The notes under the pieces are model-generated. The model was not told where the DNA came from. It saw nothing but the letters and a program-made list of their open reading frames with translations, and did not search any database. Made by a program: the position numbers and the translations under genes. Shown piece after piece: positions 1 to 19,726 of a stretch of DNA of 64,000 nt; position 1 is the stretch's first letter; each line of letters begins with the position of its first letter. Source of the stretch: the human T2T-CHM13v2.0 reference genome, Homo sapiens; assembly GCF_009914755.1 (NCBI RefSeq), contig NC_060940.1; one strand, given 5' to 3'.

Positions 1-283
1 GGGGACTAGGATGCGATGGGCTGGTGGATAGGATGATCAGGGAGGAGAGGAAGGCAAGAGACTGGATGGAGCCAGGGTGAGGATGGGGAAGGCCCTGGGG
101 TAGGGAGTGGGCCAGGATTGTGCTAAAGGCCAGAGATGAACGGAAGGCCAGGGCTCGCATGGGAACATGGTGGGCAGTAGGGGGTGTATTTAGAAGGACA
201 TCAGGATGTGGTGGGGGCCAGGATGTAAGAGGGGCTTTGTTTCTCACATGATCATAAAAAAGAATTGAAAATTTAATGTTTTT

Positions 284-878
<595 letters not shown>

Positions 879-1443
879 TCAATGTTTTCATTTATGTTTT
901 TCTACACAGGGCCATGCTTGTCAATGTGCTCTTAAAGTGCTGAGTGAAGTGGCATTGGCCCTCCCAAGCTCATGAGTCATGTTTTGGACAACAAGCACTG
1001 GCATGGCCTGTGGATGTATCTACCTTCACATCCCCACCTCTGCCCCAACTCAAGGACGTGGTGGCCCCATCCATCCCCCAGCATAGCAGCAGTGCTCTGT
1101 GTGTGTCTAGGAGTTAGCCCTGTGCCTTCTGACCAGTTGGGAAGCCAGGATAACTGGCACATCCAGGAGGGGTCTAGAGCCAGAAAGGAATTCTTCCCAA
1201 ACCTGGATCCTTTCAGCACTAGAGCCTATGCCTCCTCACCCTATCCACCTGAGCTCTCCAGCCTTTGCCATTTGAGATGACTGGTGCATGAGCTCACAGC
1301 AAAGAGACCCTGTACTTACAAGAGCCACCACCTTCCTTGGGTTCCCAGGGCCTCCCTAACCCTAACTGTCCACTTTCCCACCACCAATTAGCCTTGGTTT
1401 CTGCAGAGACCCGCCCCGAACTTTTCCCAAAGCAGATACTTAC

Positions 1444-1654
1444 CGCGATGGAGTAAGCCAGGAGCATGGTAAGGATGACAATGATAAAGCCTGAAATGTC
1501 GCCCCAGGCACGGCGTAGGGCTGCCGTGATCATGTTCATTTTGGGATTCAACCTGAGCAGATGCCAAAGCTTCACTGTGGACAGGAGTACCAGGAAGGCA
1601 ATGATGTAGCCAAGGGCGGCATCGGCTGCTGCTGTCTCACTGAAGCTGATGCCT
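1444..1654 (-). CDS. PKD1L2: PKD1L2 exon (S4-S5), GISFSET...AYSIA
   Basis: cag|A, GCG|gtaag, 211 nt, phase 2-0. Confidence 0.93.
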
Positions 1655-1837
1655 CTGTGGGACCAAAATGCAAAGGCTGGGTCTCAGAGACCTTGAGCAG
1701 TTCAGCCAGAACTCATCTGGATGCAAGACTGGATTTATCGGCATTTCGGGATGTGGGATTAGTTCTATCATCATCTCATAGGCCATCAGGTCCAGAAACA
1801 GGTCTGGGAAAGAGAGCCATCCCAGTTCCCTCAGGTA

Positions 1838-1980
1838 GGTGGTGATGATGATGATGATGAGGAGGAGGAGGAGGATGCTGGGAATTGTGGTGTGAGAGTG
1901 ATAATGACAATGACAGTGATGATGATGGTGATGATGCTGAAGATGATGGTGATGGTGACAAAGATGATAATGGTAGTTGG
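1838..1980. repeat. Degenerate (GAT)n/(GGA)n trinucleotide tract
   Basis: Visible periodicity. Confidence 0.9.
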
Positions 1981-2138
1981 ACTTCATGGTGTGCACTGGT
2001 AATCCTAGCTACTCAAGAGGCTGAGGCGGGAGGATCACTTGAGTTCAGGGGTTTGAAGCTGTAGTGAGCTATGATCGTCATCAGTGAGATGGCAGCAGGA
2101 CCAATCACCATGTGGTTTTCTCTGGGATGTTGGACTCA

Positions 2139-2490
<352 letters not shown>

Positions 2491-2536
2491 AAGTTTTATG
2501 ACGCCATATGGTATTTCTTGTTAACTGAAAAACTTT

Positions 2537-2875
2537 GCAGCCACAAAAAGGAACAAAACCACGTCCTCTGCAGCGGCGTGGATGCGGCTGGAGGCCATTA
2601 TCCTAAGCGAATTAACACAGGAACAGAAAATCAAATACTGCGTGTTCTGACTTACAAGTGGGAGCTAAACATTAGCTAGTTATGGACATAAAGATGGAAA
2701 AAACAGACACTGGGGACTGCAAGACTGGAGGGAGGCAGGCAAGGGTTGAGAAACTATCTACTGGTACTGTGCTCACTACTCGGGTATCGAGGTCATTCGC
2801 ACCCCAAACCTCAGCATCACGCAATATACTCATGTAACAAACCTGCACATGTACCCCCTGAACCTAAATAAAATT
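2537..2875 (+). mobile_element. L1 (L1PB-like) 3' end fragment
   Basis: ctggaggccattatcctaagcgaattaac...catgtaacaaacctgcacatgtacccc L1 3' UTR signature. Confidence 0.8.
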
Positions 2876-3398
2876 TGAGGCCAGGCTCAGTGGCTCATGC
2901 CTGCAATCTCAGCACACTGGGAGGCTGAGGCAGGAGGATCACTTGAGGCCAGGAGTTCGAGATCAGCATGGGGAACAATGTGAGACTCCTGTCTCTATAA
3001 AAAAAATAATAAAAATTGAAATTGCTTAAAAAAGAAAAACTTGTGAGGCCTGCCTTCTAGCTATTCTACAGAAGAAGCCTTTTCAAACAGGTTCAAGGTG
3101 ACACTACCTTCCCGAAGCTCTGTGATCTGGAGAGCTTTCCCCATGCTCTCCTCCAAGGTTGGACTCACTCAGGGCAGCTCTCTACAGGGCCACACCGAGG
3201 GACACAAAGCACAGACTGGGTTTGCCACCTTGGGTACTGGCCAGGCCTCAGTGAGAACCATCCTTTTACCCAAATCTCCTGCCTTCCAGAATCTTCCTTC
3301 CCTTTGAGCAGACTGGAGTTGCTGGTACAAACTGTTGCTTCCGCCTTTGACTCCAGCAGCTCCTTTCTCCTGTCTCTCTTAAAAGACCTAATGCTGTC

Positions 3399-4068
<670 letters not shown>

Positions 4069-4166
4069 GCTTCAGTATTTTTACTCTCTCCTTGGAGTTA
4101 TTCTCATATGTAGCCAAGGTTGAGAACCATGCTTTAATACGGCTAACTGCCTTCATAAAGGAGGGC

Positions 4167-4768
4167 TGGCTGGGCATGGAGGCTCATGCCTGTAATCCCA
4201 ACGCTTTGGGAAGCCAAGGCAGGAGGAATGCTTGAGACCAGGAGTTCAAAACCAACTTGGGCAACAGAGCAAGACCTCATCTCTACAGATAATTTAAAAA
4301 TTACCTGAGCGGCCGGGCGCAGTGGCTCACGCCTGTAATCCCAGCACTTTGGGAGGCCAAGGTGGGCAGATCACGAGGTCAGGAGTTCGAGACCAGCCTG
4401 GCCAACATGGTAAAACCCCATCTCTACTAAAAATACAAAAATTAGCCGGGCGTAGTGGCGTGCGCCTGTAATCCAGCTACACAGGAGACTGAGGGAGGAG
4501 AATCGCTTCAACCTGGGAGGCGGAGGTTGCGGTGACCCAAGATGGTGCCACTGCACTCCAGCCTGGGCGACAGAGTGAGACTCCATCTCAAAAAAAAAAG
4601 AAAATTACCTGAGCATGGTAGCGTGAGCCTGTGGTCCCAGCTACACAGGAGGCTGAGGTGAGAGGATCGCATGAGCCCTGGAGATCAAGGCTATCGTGAG
4701 CTGTGATCACACCATTGCACTCCAGCCTGGGTGACAGAGCAAGATCCCGTCTCAAAACATAAATAAAA
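4167..4768 (+). mobile_element. AluJ interrupted by a nested AluS
   Basis: 14-bp target-site duplication aaaattacctgagc at 4297-4310 and 4601-4614. Confidence 0.88.
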
Positions 4769-4829
4769 GAGGCCATAAGCCCTCTTTTATTAGGCATGAG
4801 CCACCATGCCCAGCCCGAAGCCTTCAATA

Positions 4830-5143
4830 CTTAAAAGAGAAAAGCGGTCTAGAGAGGAAAGAGGGAGGGTCTGGTGACACTTGAATCCACATGTTGCCAG
4901 AGAAAAGGAGCAGGTAAGGGAATAGTCAATGATGTATTTGTCTCATGCTCAGTTAAGTGGGCACTTCACATAAGATAAGGTGAACATGGAGCTGCTGCCT
5001 GCAGAGATCAACCTTTTAGCTGTAACTCTCTCTTTACGAACAAAATGAAAGGCAGTTTCTTGCATGACTCAACTTTCAGCTTAATTTTTCTTTTTCCTTT
5101 TGGCAGAGTGGATTGGGGTCCCAAGATTTTATTTTCCCTTCAT
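4830..5143 (-). mobile_element. MER4-group ERV1 LTR fragment
   Basis: Reverse strand begins tgaagggaaaataaaatcttgggacccc, the typical MER4 5' end. Confidence 0.7.
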
Positions 5144-5881
5144 GCAGCTTAACCTCTCCAAGCCTCATTACATGTGATTTCCTCATTTGTAAAAAAAAAA
5201 GGATGATGAGGCTGGGCGCGGTGGCTCACGCCAGTAATCTCAGCACTTTGGGAAGTCGAGGGGGGCGAATCATGAAGTCAGGAGTTTGAGATCAGCCTGG
5301 CCAACATGGTGAAACCCCGTCTCTATTAAAAATACAAAAATTAACCGGGTGTGGTGGTGTGTACTTGTAATCCCAGCTACTGGGGAGGCTGAGGCAGGAG
5401 GATGACTTGAACCCAGGAGGGAGAGGTTGCAGTGAGCTGAGATCATGCAAGAGTCCGTCTCAAAAAACAAAACAAAAAAAGGGATGGTGATATCATCTCT
5501 TAGAGGTCTCAGGAGGATTCAGGTGTAGGTGAGATGAGACACTGCTTGTAATGTGGTGTTTTTATGAAAGTGTATGACATTTAGCAATAACTCAATACAT
5601 GTTAGCTATATCTATAAAACGAATGAGTGAGTCAAGAAACCCAATGATTCCAAGCAAGGGAGGGGACCCTGGAGCCACACAAGCTAGGCTTAAATTACTT
5701 GTCTGCCACATTTTAGCTGTGTGGCCTTGGGGAAGTCACGTGACCTCTCTGAGCCTCAGTGTCTTTGTCTGTTTTTTTGAGACCCAGTCTCCCTCTGTCA
5801 CCCAGGCTGGAGGGCAGTGGCGCAATCTCGGCTCACTGCAACTTTTGCTTCCCGGGTTCTAGCGATTCTCCCGCCTCCTGA

Positions 5882-6067
<186 letters not shown>

Positions 6068-6638
6068 TAGTAGAGTTAGGGTTTCACTGTGTTGGCCAGG
6101 CTGGTTTCAATCTCCTAACCTCAAGTGATCTGCCCACCTCGGCCTCCCGAAGTGCTGAGATTACAGGCATGAGCCACCACACCCTGCCCTCAATGTCTTT
6201 GTTAAATGGGGCGATGATAACGCTGACCTTCATCAATCCTGATGATGATTCCCTAGGTGAAAACATCCTGCCTACCACATAGTGGACACTTAGTGTATGG
6301 TAGCAGAGGTGAGCTTACTGGGGCCATAATACTTGCAAAGGGCCTCCCCTTTGCAAGGTTTTGGAGAGCCTAAGCAGGATGCCCCATGGTCCTATGTTTT
6401 GGGAAGATTTGCACAAGATGTTCTATTTTGTCTGAGTCCTCTCCAATCGTACTCACTTGCGGCTGGCCCCACACCTGAATCTAGGTGGCAGCTAGAGTTA
6501 TGTCTACTAGGAGTGCCCCTTTATCCCCTGAGGGTCCACAGCATTCCAAAACCTCCTTCTGACCCCTGGGCCTCAAACGGAGCTGTAGGAAGAGGGGCCA
6601 GTGTGGGGAGCTGGGGGGCTGAGGAGACAGCCACTGAC

Positions 6639-6799
6639 TCCTCCCTGTGGTTCCGGCAGCGCTGGAGGTCCCTTTCGGCCAGGACAGCCCTCTTCACAAA
6701 CACCGCCAGGGCGCTCCAGCTGGCCAGGATGATGGCCAGCTCCAGAAGGTTCCACTTGCTGCAGAAATAGCCCCACGTCTCTTTCCTCATGCGCTTGCC
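6639..6799 (-). CDS. PKD1L2: PKD1L2 exon (S3), GKRMRKE...WNLLE...NHRE(E)
   Basis: cag|GGC, GA|gtcagt, 161 nt, phase 0-2. Confidence 0.92.
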
Positions 6800-6955
6800 C
6801 TGGAAAAGGAGCGTGAAGTTGCGGCTGTGACTGCCCCCGCCCCACAGGGCTGCTCCCTCCCCATCCCGGAGGGCCCTCTGGCAGGAGGCTTCCCCAGCTC
6901 TGGCCCCCATGCACAGAGTGCCCAGGCCTCTCCCCAACCTTGTGCACAGACCCAT

Positions 6956-7166
6956 TGAGGCGGGATAATAGGGCCTGGAGGCAGGGAACCTAAGAACTAA
7001 ATCAAATGGAAACACTTCAGCTATGACAGGAAATATCCTCTTCATTCACATAGGGTGTACCCCGAGTAAATGACTTTGTAACTTCACTTTAACCTCTTCA
7101 TTTACATAGGACATACACCGATTAACCAATGGAAACCTCTAGAAGGTATTTAAACCCCAGGAAATT
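6956..7166 (+). mobile_element. MER61-like ERV1 LTR, 5' portion only
   Basis: tgaggcgggataatagggcctggaggcagggaac start; CCAAT at 7126-7130 and TATTTAAA at 7147-7154. Confidence 0.7.
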
Positions 7167-9390
<2,224 letters not shown>

Positions 9391-10620
9391 TAAGAAGGAA
9401 GGACTTCCATTTGGCTGGTGGCAGGCTAAGTTCACTTTTACAACAAAGGGATGGAGAGTGGGGAGATTTTTAAAACTGCCCAAGCAGCATTTTGCGAGAG
9501 ATTTGTAGGTTTTGGAGAGCAGCTTTCTGAAGCAGCTGCAGGCAGAGTGTGGAGGCAGTTGGAGGAGGGCAGTGAACCGTGGAGGCGGGTGGTGAACAGA
9601 TCTGCTGTGAGGTTCTTGGACAGGTGCATGGATTGAAGTTGCTGTCTGATGACTGTTGGCCATTGGGCTTGAACTGGTGATGCTCAAGACCAGGCGAGTG
9701 CGCTGCTTCATGAGGCTGATGCTGTGGATAGGGGTCGAGTGTGACGGTCAGGGGTCAGACTCCCTGTGTTCAAATTCTGACCTTGGATAAATGACTTAAA
9801 GTCTCTGGACTTTAGTTTCCTACTCTGAATTAGAGCCCATAGGACCTTTCTCCTGTTGTTGAAAGAGAAAACACATACGTTCTTAGCACAATGCCTGCTA
9901 TGCAGTAAGCACTCAAAAATATCATCCTTGCTTTAAACAGGGTGTTGGAGAAGACGATGGAGGGCCAAGATGCCCCCTTTCGGCAATCTGGTTTGCATTT
10001 TTGTCAGGAGGAGGGGAGTAGCTTCCGGTGTGTTCCCATGATCGTCCAGCCTTTAGCGTCATCAACATCTGCACGTTTGGATGCAACATGGCAATAAAGG
10101 TGGCAAAGGGGATGTTGCCTAACTCCCAGTGACCGTGGGTGGGAACAAAAGATGCTAAGAGGCCCCACAATCTAAGTTCAGAGGACTTCCACACCCAGCT
10201 GTAGGGTCACTTCCCCGTACCATCGCCCTACCCTGGCTCTTTGGAAGGTCTCAGTTCAGTAGAAACAGGACCCATGCTCCTCTCCCTTCCCCACCCATGA
10301 AGGACCCCACTTTGAGTTCTCAATTCCTGAGGAGTACCAACCTTGGGTCCTTCCCATGCCCTGATCTAGCAGCCTAGATCAGCCCTAGGACCAATGGAAG
10401 GACCAAAGGTTGCTCCCAGCAAACACCTAAGGCAAAGCCCTTTCCCGGCCGGGTGCGGTGGCTCACGCCTGTAATCCCAGCACTTTGGGAGGCTGAGGCA
10501 GGCGGTTCACGAGGTCAGGAGTTTGAGACCATCCTGGCCAACATGGTGAAACCCCATCTCTACTAAAAACACAAAAATTAGCAGGGCTTGGTGGTGCATG
10601 CCTGTAGTCCCAGCTACTCA

Positions 10621-10719
<99 letters not shown>

Positions 10720-10843
10720 TCAAAAAAAAAAAGGAAAAAATCCCTTTCCCATCCCACTTACAAGGAAGAGGAGAGGTGTTGGTGAGGCACCAGGCACCCC
10801 TGCACCCCAAACCCTGCTCATGAGCTATGAGCATGCCCCTTAC

Positions 10844-10971
10844 CTGCACCACCATGTAGTAGAGGAGGAAGAGGAAGTAGATGAGCTCTGCCGCTACCAC
10901 GAAGGGGTGCCAGCCGTCGGTGAAGGGGTACAGGCGGAGGCTCTGCAGGGCCGCGTGCGTAAAAAAGGTGC
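10844..10971 (-). CDS. PKD1L2: PKD1L2 exon (S2), GTFFTHA...YMVVQ
   Basis: cag|GC, CAG|gtaag, 128 nt, phase 1-0. Confidence 0.93.
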
Positions 10972-11409
10972 CTGGGGAGCAAAGTGCGTTCTGCTCACTC
11001 TGGGCCACCTGGTTGCTCAGAGCCATGGCTTCTGACAGGAGCCATCAGGTCAGATGACTCAAGCTCAACCCCCTGAGGGCTGGCTGTGGCCAAGGAAAAG
11101 CCAAAGTTATTTCAGACCCGAAGGACTGAACGTGGACACGTGGTAGACACCGAAGACAGCGGATGCAACAGAAGGGGCGGAGGGGCTGCAGTGGAAGGTT
11201 CTCCCCTCCCCTCGGCATTTGATGTTGGCCTTTTGGGCACAGACACCTCCAGATAAAGCACATCCACCCATATAATGACAATTGACTCCCACTTGGCTCA
11301 TTTAAAGCCTTTTTGGGCCGGGCCCAGGGGCTCACGCCTCTAATCCCAGCACTTTGAGAGGCTGAGGTGGGCAGATCATAAGGTCCGGAGATTGAGCTCA
11401 TCCTGGCTA

Positions 11410-11703
<294 letters not shown>

Positions 11704-11715
11704 TCACAGTTCTGA

Positions 11716-11967
<252 letters not shown>

Positions 11968-12912
11968 TAGTCTTGAACTCCTGACCTGGTGATTTGCACC
12001 CCCCCCCACCCGGCCAATGGCCTCCCAAAGTGCTGGGATTACTGGTGTGAGCCACCACTCCCGGCCTATATTACTTTTATCATTAAAAACGTAATCTAAT
12101 ATTTTCTAAAAGTTTGGTATTCACTGGAGAGGAGGTTGGCTTTTAGGTAAATTGACCATCAGCTGAATAGACTATAGACTGGTTTTTAGAAGACTGTGAT
12201 CAGCATTTTAAAGGGGGAAGGAGGCATGAGGAAGAATAAATAGAATAGAACACAAAATATGAGAGCCCATCACATGTAGTTTTTTGTTTTTTAAATTTTA
12301 TAGAGACCAGGTCTCACCATGATGCCCAGGCTGGTCTTGGACTCCTGGGCTCAAGGAGTCCTCCCACCTTGACCTCCCAAAGTGCTGGGATCATGGGGGC
12401 GAGCCCGGCCTCATGGAGTTAAAGTACATGTTATTTGTGAACATTTCATCTTGGTTGCATGTGTGCTGGATTATGTTGTAAAACGTACTTTGTGCTGTGC
12501 ACTGATGTATGGTGAAATATATATTAGGTGATATGATCTGTTACATCACATTCTCCCTCGCCGTCACTGCCAGGTCACCACCCCCAACCCCAGCAGACAG
12601 GGAAGCTCGGGATTAGGCAATGGATAAGCTGCCTTTGGACTCTGAATAGGCTGTTTTACGATAACTTGGGCGACTAGGCCAGAAAGATGGGAAGAATTAG
12701 GGTGGAGGGCCCTAATGCTTTGCCTTTGGGGGCCCAGGGACTCATGGCTGCAAGGATAACCAAGATCCACACCTAGATTCACTAAATAAGTATTTGCTCT
12801 GGAGCTCTGGCCCTGGGGTGGCTGCACCTAGGTAGGTCAGGAGCCCCAGCCCAGGGGAAGGAGTATATGTCTTCTGGAGCCCTGCAGAGGGTTCCCAGGC
12901 GAGGCTGCCCAC

Positions 12913-13046
12913 CCAGAGCGCTGGTCTCTAGCGTCAGCGTGACAATGCAGAACAGGTTGACGTTGGCGTTGTAGACAGTGAACTCCACAAACACAGCTCT
13001 GGTCAGGGCGTCCAGCCAGGTGTTGTCAAAGAGATAGCGGAGAATT
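12913..13046 (-). CDS. PKD1L2: PKD1L2 exon (TOP), ILRYLFDNTWLDALTRAVFVEFTVYNANVNLF...
   Basis: cag|A, G|gtggg, 134 nt, phase 2-1; hallmark polycystin motif. Confidence 0.94.
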
Positions 13047-13261
13047 CTGCAGGAAAGAGTGGCATTGGGTCATTGCTATCCTGCAGGGGCTCCATGTCCC
13101 GGCAGCCCCTTGACTGAGGCCAGTACTTCCTGTCTCAACTTCTCCCTCTGTTTCTGCTCTGCTCCCTGGGCCACCAGACCAACAGAGCTGCTGCTGGGAG
13201 TGGTCACATTTTGTAGCCCACGCTGTGATATGGTGGCACCCCTCATCTCCTGGCCATCAGA

Positions 13262-13752
<491 letters not shown>

Positions 13753-13769
13753 TGTTAGAAGAATCATAG

Positions 13770-15018
13770 TCCGGGTGCGGTGGCTCACATCTGTAATCCC
13801 AGCAGTTTGGGAGGCTGAGGCAGGTGGATCACCTGAGGTCAGGAGTTTGAAACCAGCCTGGCCAACATGGTGAAACCCCGTCTCCACTAAAAATACAAAA
13901 ATACAAAAATTAGCCAGGCGTGACCGGGTGCGGTGGCTCACGCCTGTAATCTCAGCACTTTGGGAGGCTGAGGTGGGTGGATTATCTGAGGTCAGGACAT
14001 CGAGACCAGCCTGAACAACATGGTGAAATTCCGTCTCTATTAAAAATACAAAAATTCGCTGGGCGTGGTGGCGCATGCCTGTAATCCCAGCTTCTCAGGA
14101 GGCTGAGATGGGAATTGTTTGAACCAGGGTGGCAGAGGTTACAGTGAGCCGAGATCACGCCACTGCACCTCAACCTGGGTGACAGAGCGAGACTCTGTCT
14201 CAAAAAAAAAATAAAAAAGAAAAAATTAGCTGTAGTGGTGTATGCCTGTAATCCCAGCTACTCAGGAGGCTGAGGCATGAAAATTGCTTGAGGCTGAGAC
14301 AGGAGAATCATTTGAACCCAGGAGGCAGAGGTTGCCATGAGTCAAGATCATGCCACTGCACTCCAGCCTGGGTGACAGTGTGAGACTGTCTCAAAAGAAG
14401 AAAAAAGGGCCAGGCATGGTGGCTCACACCTGTAATCTCATCACTTTGGGAGGCTGAGGCAGGCAGATCACCTGAGGTCAGGAGTTTGAGATCAACCTGG
14501 CTAACATGGTGAAACACTGCCTCTACTAAAAATACAAAAACTTTAGCCAGGCGTGGTGGCACACGCCTGTATTCTCAGCTACTCAGGAGGCTGGGGCAGG
14601 AGAATTGCTTGAACCTGGGAGGTGGAGGTTGCAGTGAGCTGAGATCACATCAAAGCACTCCAGCCCGGGCAACAGAGCAAGACTCTGTCTCCGAAAAAAA
14701 AAAAAAAGAAATAAAGAAAAAGAAAAAAAGGAGGCTGGGCTGATGGCTCACGCTTGTAATCCCAGCCCTTTGGCATGCTGAGGTGGACGGATCACCTGAG
14801 GTCAGGAGTTCAAGACCAGCCTGGCCAACATGGTGAAACTCCACCTCTACTAAAAATACAAAAATTAGCTGGGTGTGGTGGCGTGCACCTGTAATTCCAG
14901 CTACTCAGGAGGTTGAGGCGGGAGAATCACTTGAGCCCAGAAGCAGAGGTGGCAGTGAGCTGAGATCACGCCATTGCACTCCAGCCTGGGCAACAAGAGC
15001 AAGACTCTGTCTCAAAAA

Positions 15019-15049
<31 letters not shown>

Positions 15050-15050
15050 G
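13770..15050 (+). mobile_element. Tandem and nested array of about five Alu units
   Basis: Back-to-back Alu arms with almost no unique spacer. Confidence 0.9.
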
Positions 15051-15264
15051 AATCATATAAAACATCAGGGGCTTAGGCAAGCAGCTCCCATGAGCTCCTG
15101 GAGATCTGTCAGCCTGGTGTGGTGGAAAGAGCACATGCCCTGAAGGTGGTGGAGGGACCTGGGTTCAAATCTTGGCTGCCTCCTGGACAAGCTAATAACT
15201 TCTCCAGGCCTTGGTTTCCTCATCTGCCATGGTGTGGTTTTTTGTTGGTTTTTTGTGTTTATGA

Positions 15265-15423
<159 letters not shown>

Positions 15424-15760
15424 TAGAGGCAGAATCTCAGTAGGTTGTCCAGGCTGGTCTCAAATTCCTGGGCTCAAGCAATCCCCCTGTGTCAGCCTCC
15501 CAAAGTGCTGGAATTATAGGTGTGAGCCACTGTGCCCGGCTCTACAACGGTGTTAACACCAGTGCCTTCAGATCATTTAGAGAACATGGAGGGATGTGTG
15601 TGCATGTGCGTGTGTGTGTTGTGTGTGTGTAGTAATGATAGTTGTTATTACTTCCAGTAATAATGATGGGCCTGTAATATGCTGTGTCCCCAGTGGGTCT
15701 GCATCCTGCTTGGTACATAGCAGCAGATAGAGAGAGAATATGTTTTTTTTTTTTTTTTGA

Positions 15761-15865
<105 letters not shown>

Positions 15866-16294
15866 TGAGTAGCTGGGATTACAGGCACCCACCACTAATT
15901 TTTTGTATTTTTAGTAGAGATGGGGTTTCTCCATGTTGGCCATACTGGTCTCGAACTCCTGACCTCAGGTGCTCCTTCTGCCTTGGCCTCTCAGAGAGTT
16001 GAGATTACAGGCATGATCACTGCACCCAGCCACCAGAGAGAGAATATCTGCAGTCAGTCCAATTAGCAGGAAAAATGCCTCTTATTCCGAAATCGACTAT
16101 TCCTGGCCTTTCCTTAACCCCAGGAGACCCTGTTTGTAGACAGAGTACAGGCTACACCATCATAAACCACCTTGGTGCAATGATCATACAATGGAGGAAA
16201 CTGAGGTTCACGCGGGTCTGCTGATTTGCTTGGGCTACACAGCTAAAAGGAGCAGCGCCAGGGTTTCAAATCTAGGTCTCTTGTCTCAAGGGCA

Positions 16295-16716
16295 TGTTGA
16301 GTCAGTCTTCACGGACCCTGAGCATCCCTGCACGTTCTTACTGGGTATTCTAGGAATGCAAGGCCGTGGCTGTGCTTTAGCCAAGTCACTTCTTAGGGCT
16401 GTATTTGCAGTGTGCAACCTTGTGGGATGAGGTGATGCCTTCCTTTGGACAAAGAGTAGGCTTCTTTCTGCTGCTGTAAAAGCATCAAATGCCCCCAGGC
16501 TCTGTATTGCAGGCACATGCAGGCATCTTTCACGGCCCTTTGTGGGCAACTGACTCAGACCAGTGTAATGTTCTGCTATGACTTTTGCTGTAACAAAATC
16601 CTTTGTCTCTGACCCAGGAATATTGCGTATTCTGCCAGCATCCGTGAAACAGTTAACAGGCTAGCTTGTTGGCTTACAAGTAGGGTAAAACCTCAAATTT
16701 TGCATAATTCTTGACA
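16295..16716 (+). mobile_element. Old LTR (ERVL-class; subfamily uncertain)
   Basis: TG...CA termini; 3' motif cctttgtctctgacccagga...gtagggtaaaa...cttgaca. Confidence 0.55.
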
Positions 16717-17027
16717 GATCCTTAACTAATTCCCTCTTGCCTAAGGGTGGACTGCTTTGAGTGGTAGTGAGCTCCCCATCTCTGGCCTGGCTCTAGCAGA
16801 AGCAACCAGGCTGTGAATGCTAGAGAGAGACTTTCCTTCCAATTCTGAGATGGCTTAGTTCCCAGGGACCTGAAAATACAACCTGCATGATTCTGTATCC
16901 TACAAGCCCTCCCACAAGGACCTGAATGAACTTGGCTCAGCCCTGTTTGGAAGACTACATTCCCCAAGCAGATGTGGACTCTAGCAAAAGACTTTACTCA
17001 GCTACAAATGAATCAAGTCAACCTTAC

Positions 17028-17333
17028 CTTGACGTGCTTTGGCGATCAGTCCCCAAGGGGACCACGTAGCCTCCTCCCCGGTACACAGTGAGTTTGCCCC
17101 AGATGGGATACCCTTGACGTTGGTCCTGGCTCTGGTACTGCCATTACTGAGGGTGGTGGCATTCCAGCCTTCCCCATAGTCTGCCATGTCTTCAGCATCC
17201 AGGGAATATGGTGCACGGCATCCGTTGAGATATGCCTGCGGCTGCTGGGCAAGAGGGCAAGAGCTTTCCTGGACCCTCACTTGACGAATCTGGGCACTGC
17301 CAACCAGCTTGGAGTTCCCATCAGTGATAAAGC
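17028..17333 (-). CDS. PKD1L2: PKD1L2 exon (TOP/polycystin domain) with internal frameshift
   Basis: tag|GC, AG|gtaag. Length is 306 nt, but the flanking phases (1 and 2) need 3n+1. GFITDGNSKLVG...NATTLS and WQYQSQ...YRGGGYVVPLG lie in different frames. Confidence 0.92.
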
Positions 17334-18478
17334 CTAAAAAGAAAAACAAGGTGGGTAAATCTAGCAATCAAAATAATCTTAACACATTCCAAGCTCCCCG
17401 GCCTGAGGCTAATGTGAAATTCAGCGTACCCATTATAGAGACAGCCCAGAGAAGTTTATCACCAACTATAGGCTACATTTATCCAAATAACCTCACCATC
17501 TCTCCTGCTGGAATCTACTGTGCTTCCGCACAACTTCTCTTAGGGAATGGAACCTGCCACCCCGTCATCCATCTGGATGTGCCTGTGCCCTTTCTCCTCA
17601 ATCCTCCATCCCACTGGTCACCACATCCTATCCATCCTACTTTTTTCATGTCTTATGTGCCCATCCCGTTCTCTCCATCACCACTGTCCCTGGTCCCTCC
17701 CTGCACCAGCCCTCATCCTGTGTCCTCAGCATCCTAACTTGCCACCTCCTCCACCTCTTTTTTTTTTTTTTGAGACAGAGTTTTGCTCTTGTTGCCCAGG
17801 CTAGAGTGCAATGGCGTGATCTTGTCTCACTGCAACCTTTGCCTCCTGATTCAAGCAACTGTCCTGCCTCCGCCTCCCGAGTAGCTGGGATTACAGGCGC
17901 ATGCCACCATGCCCAGCTAATTTTTTGTATTTTTATTAGAGATGGGGTTTCTCCATGTTGGCCAGGCTGGTCTCGGACTCCTGACCTTGGGTGATCCACT
18001 CACCTCGGCCTCCCAAAGTGCTGGAATTACAGGTGTGAGCCACGGCGCCCGGCCAACTTGCCCACCCTTTACTCCAACTTCCACATGCTTCCAGAGTGAT
18101 CCTTCTACACCACAGATTTATGCCATAGCCTCATGTAGAAATTCAGTGGCGCCTCATTTCCTCAAGGATGAGATACACGCTCCTGAGATCCTTCATGATC
18201 TGGCCCGTTCATCTTTCCTGCTTTGCTTCTCACTGATCCTTAACTCACATCCTACACGAGAGTCACACCCAACACGCTGTGGTTCCAAGAACACGCATCC
18301 CATGGCAAGAGGCTGGGCTTTTCTCGTGTTGTTCATTCTGCCTGGTGCACTGTTTTTGCCTAGCTGGTTCAAGCTCTGTTATCACTCACTTAGGAGGTTC
18401 TCCACTCTGCATCGGGGGAAGGGAAGGTGGAGAGTCCCCCCTTGTGCACACCCAGCCTTCTGAGTCCCTCCTTCATAG

Positions 18479-19171
<693 letters not shown>

Positions 19172-19186
19172 TGACAACACACCTAG

Positions 19187-19675
<489 letters not shown>

Positions 19676-19726
19676 TAGCCAGAAGGCACAAGGAGGCTGA
19701 CACAGCCCCAGGGCTTCAGGACTTAC

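Noticed and set aside
1-240. G-rich degenerate ggccaggatg-like repeats with G-quadruplex potential
   Set aside because: Truncated by the window edge and irregular; ordinary low-complexity intron sequence.
1637-1996. His-rich 119-aa ORF
   Set aside because: Translation of the (CAT)n simple repeat; out of frame with the adjacent real exon.
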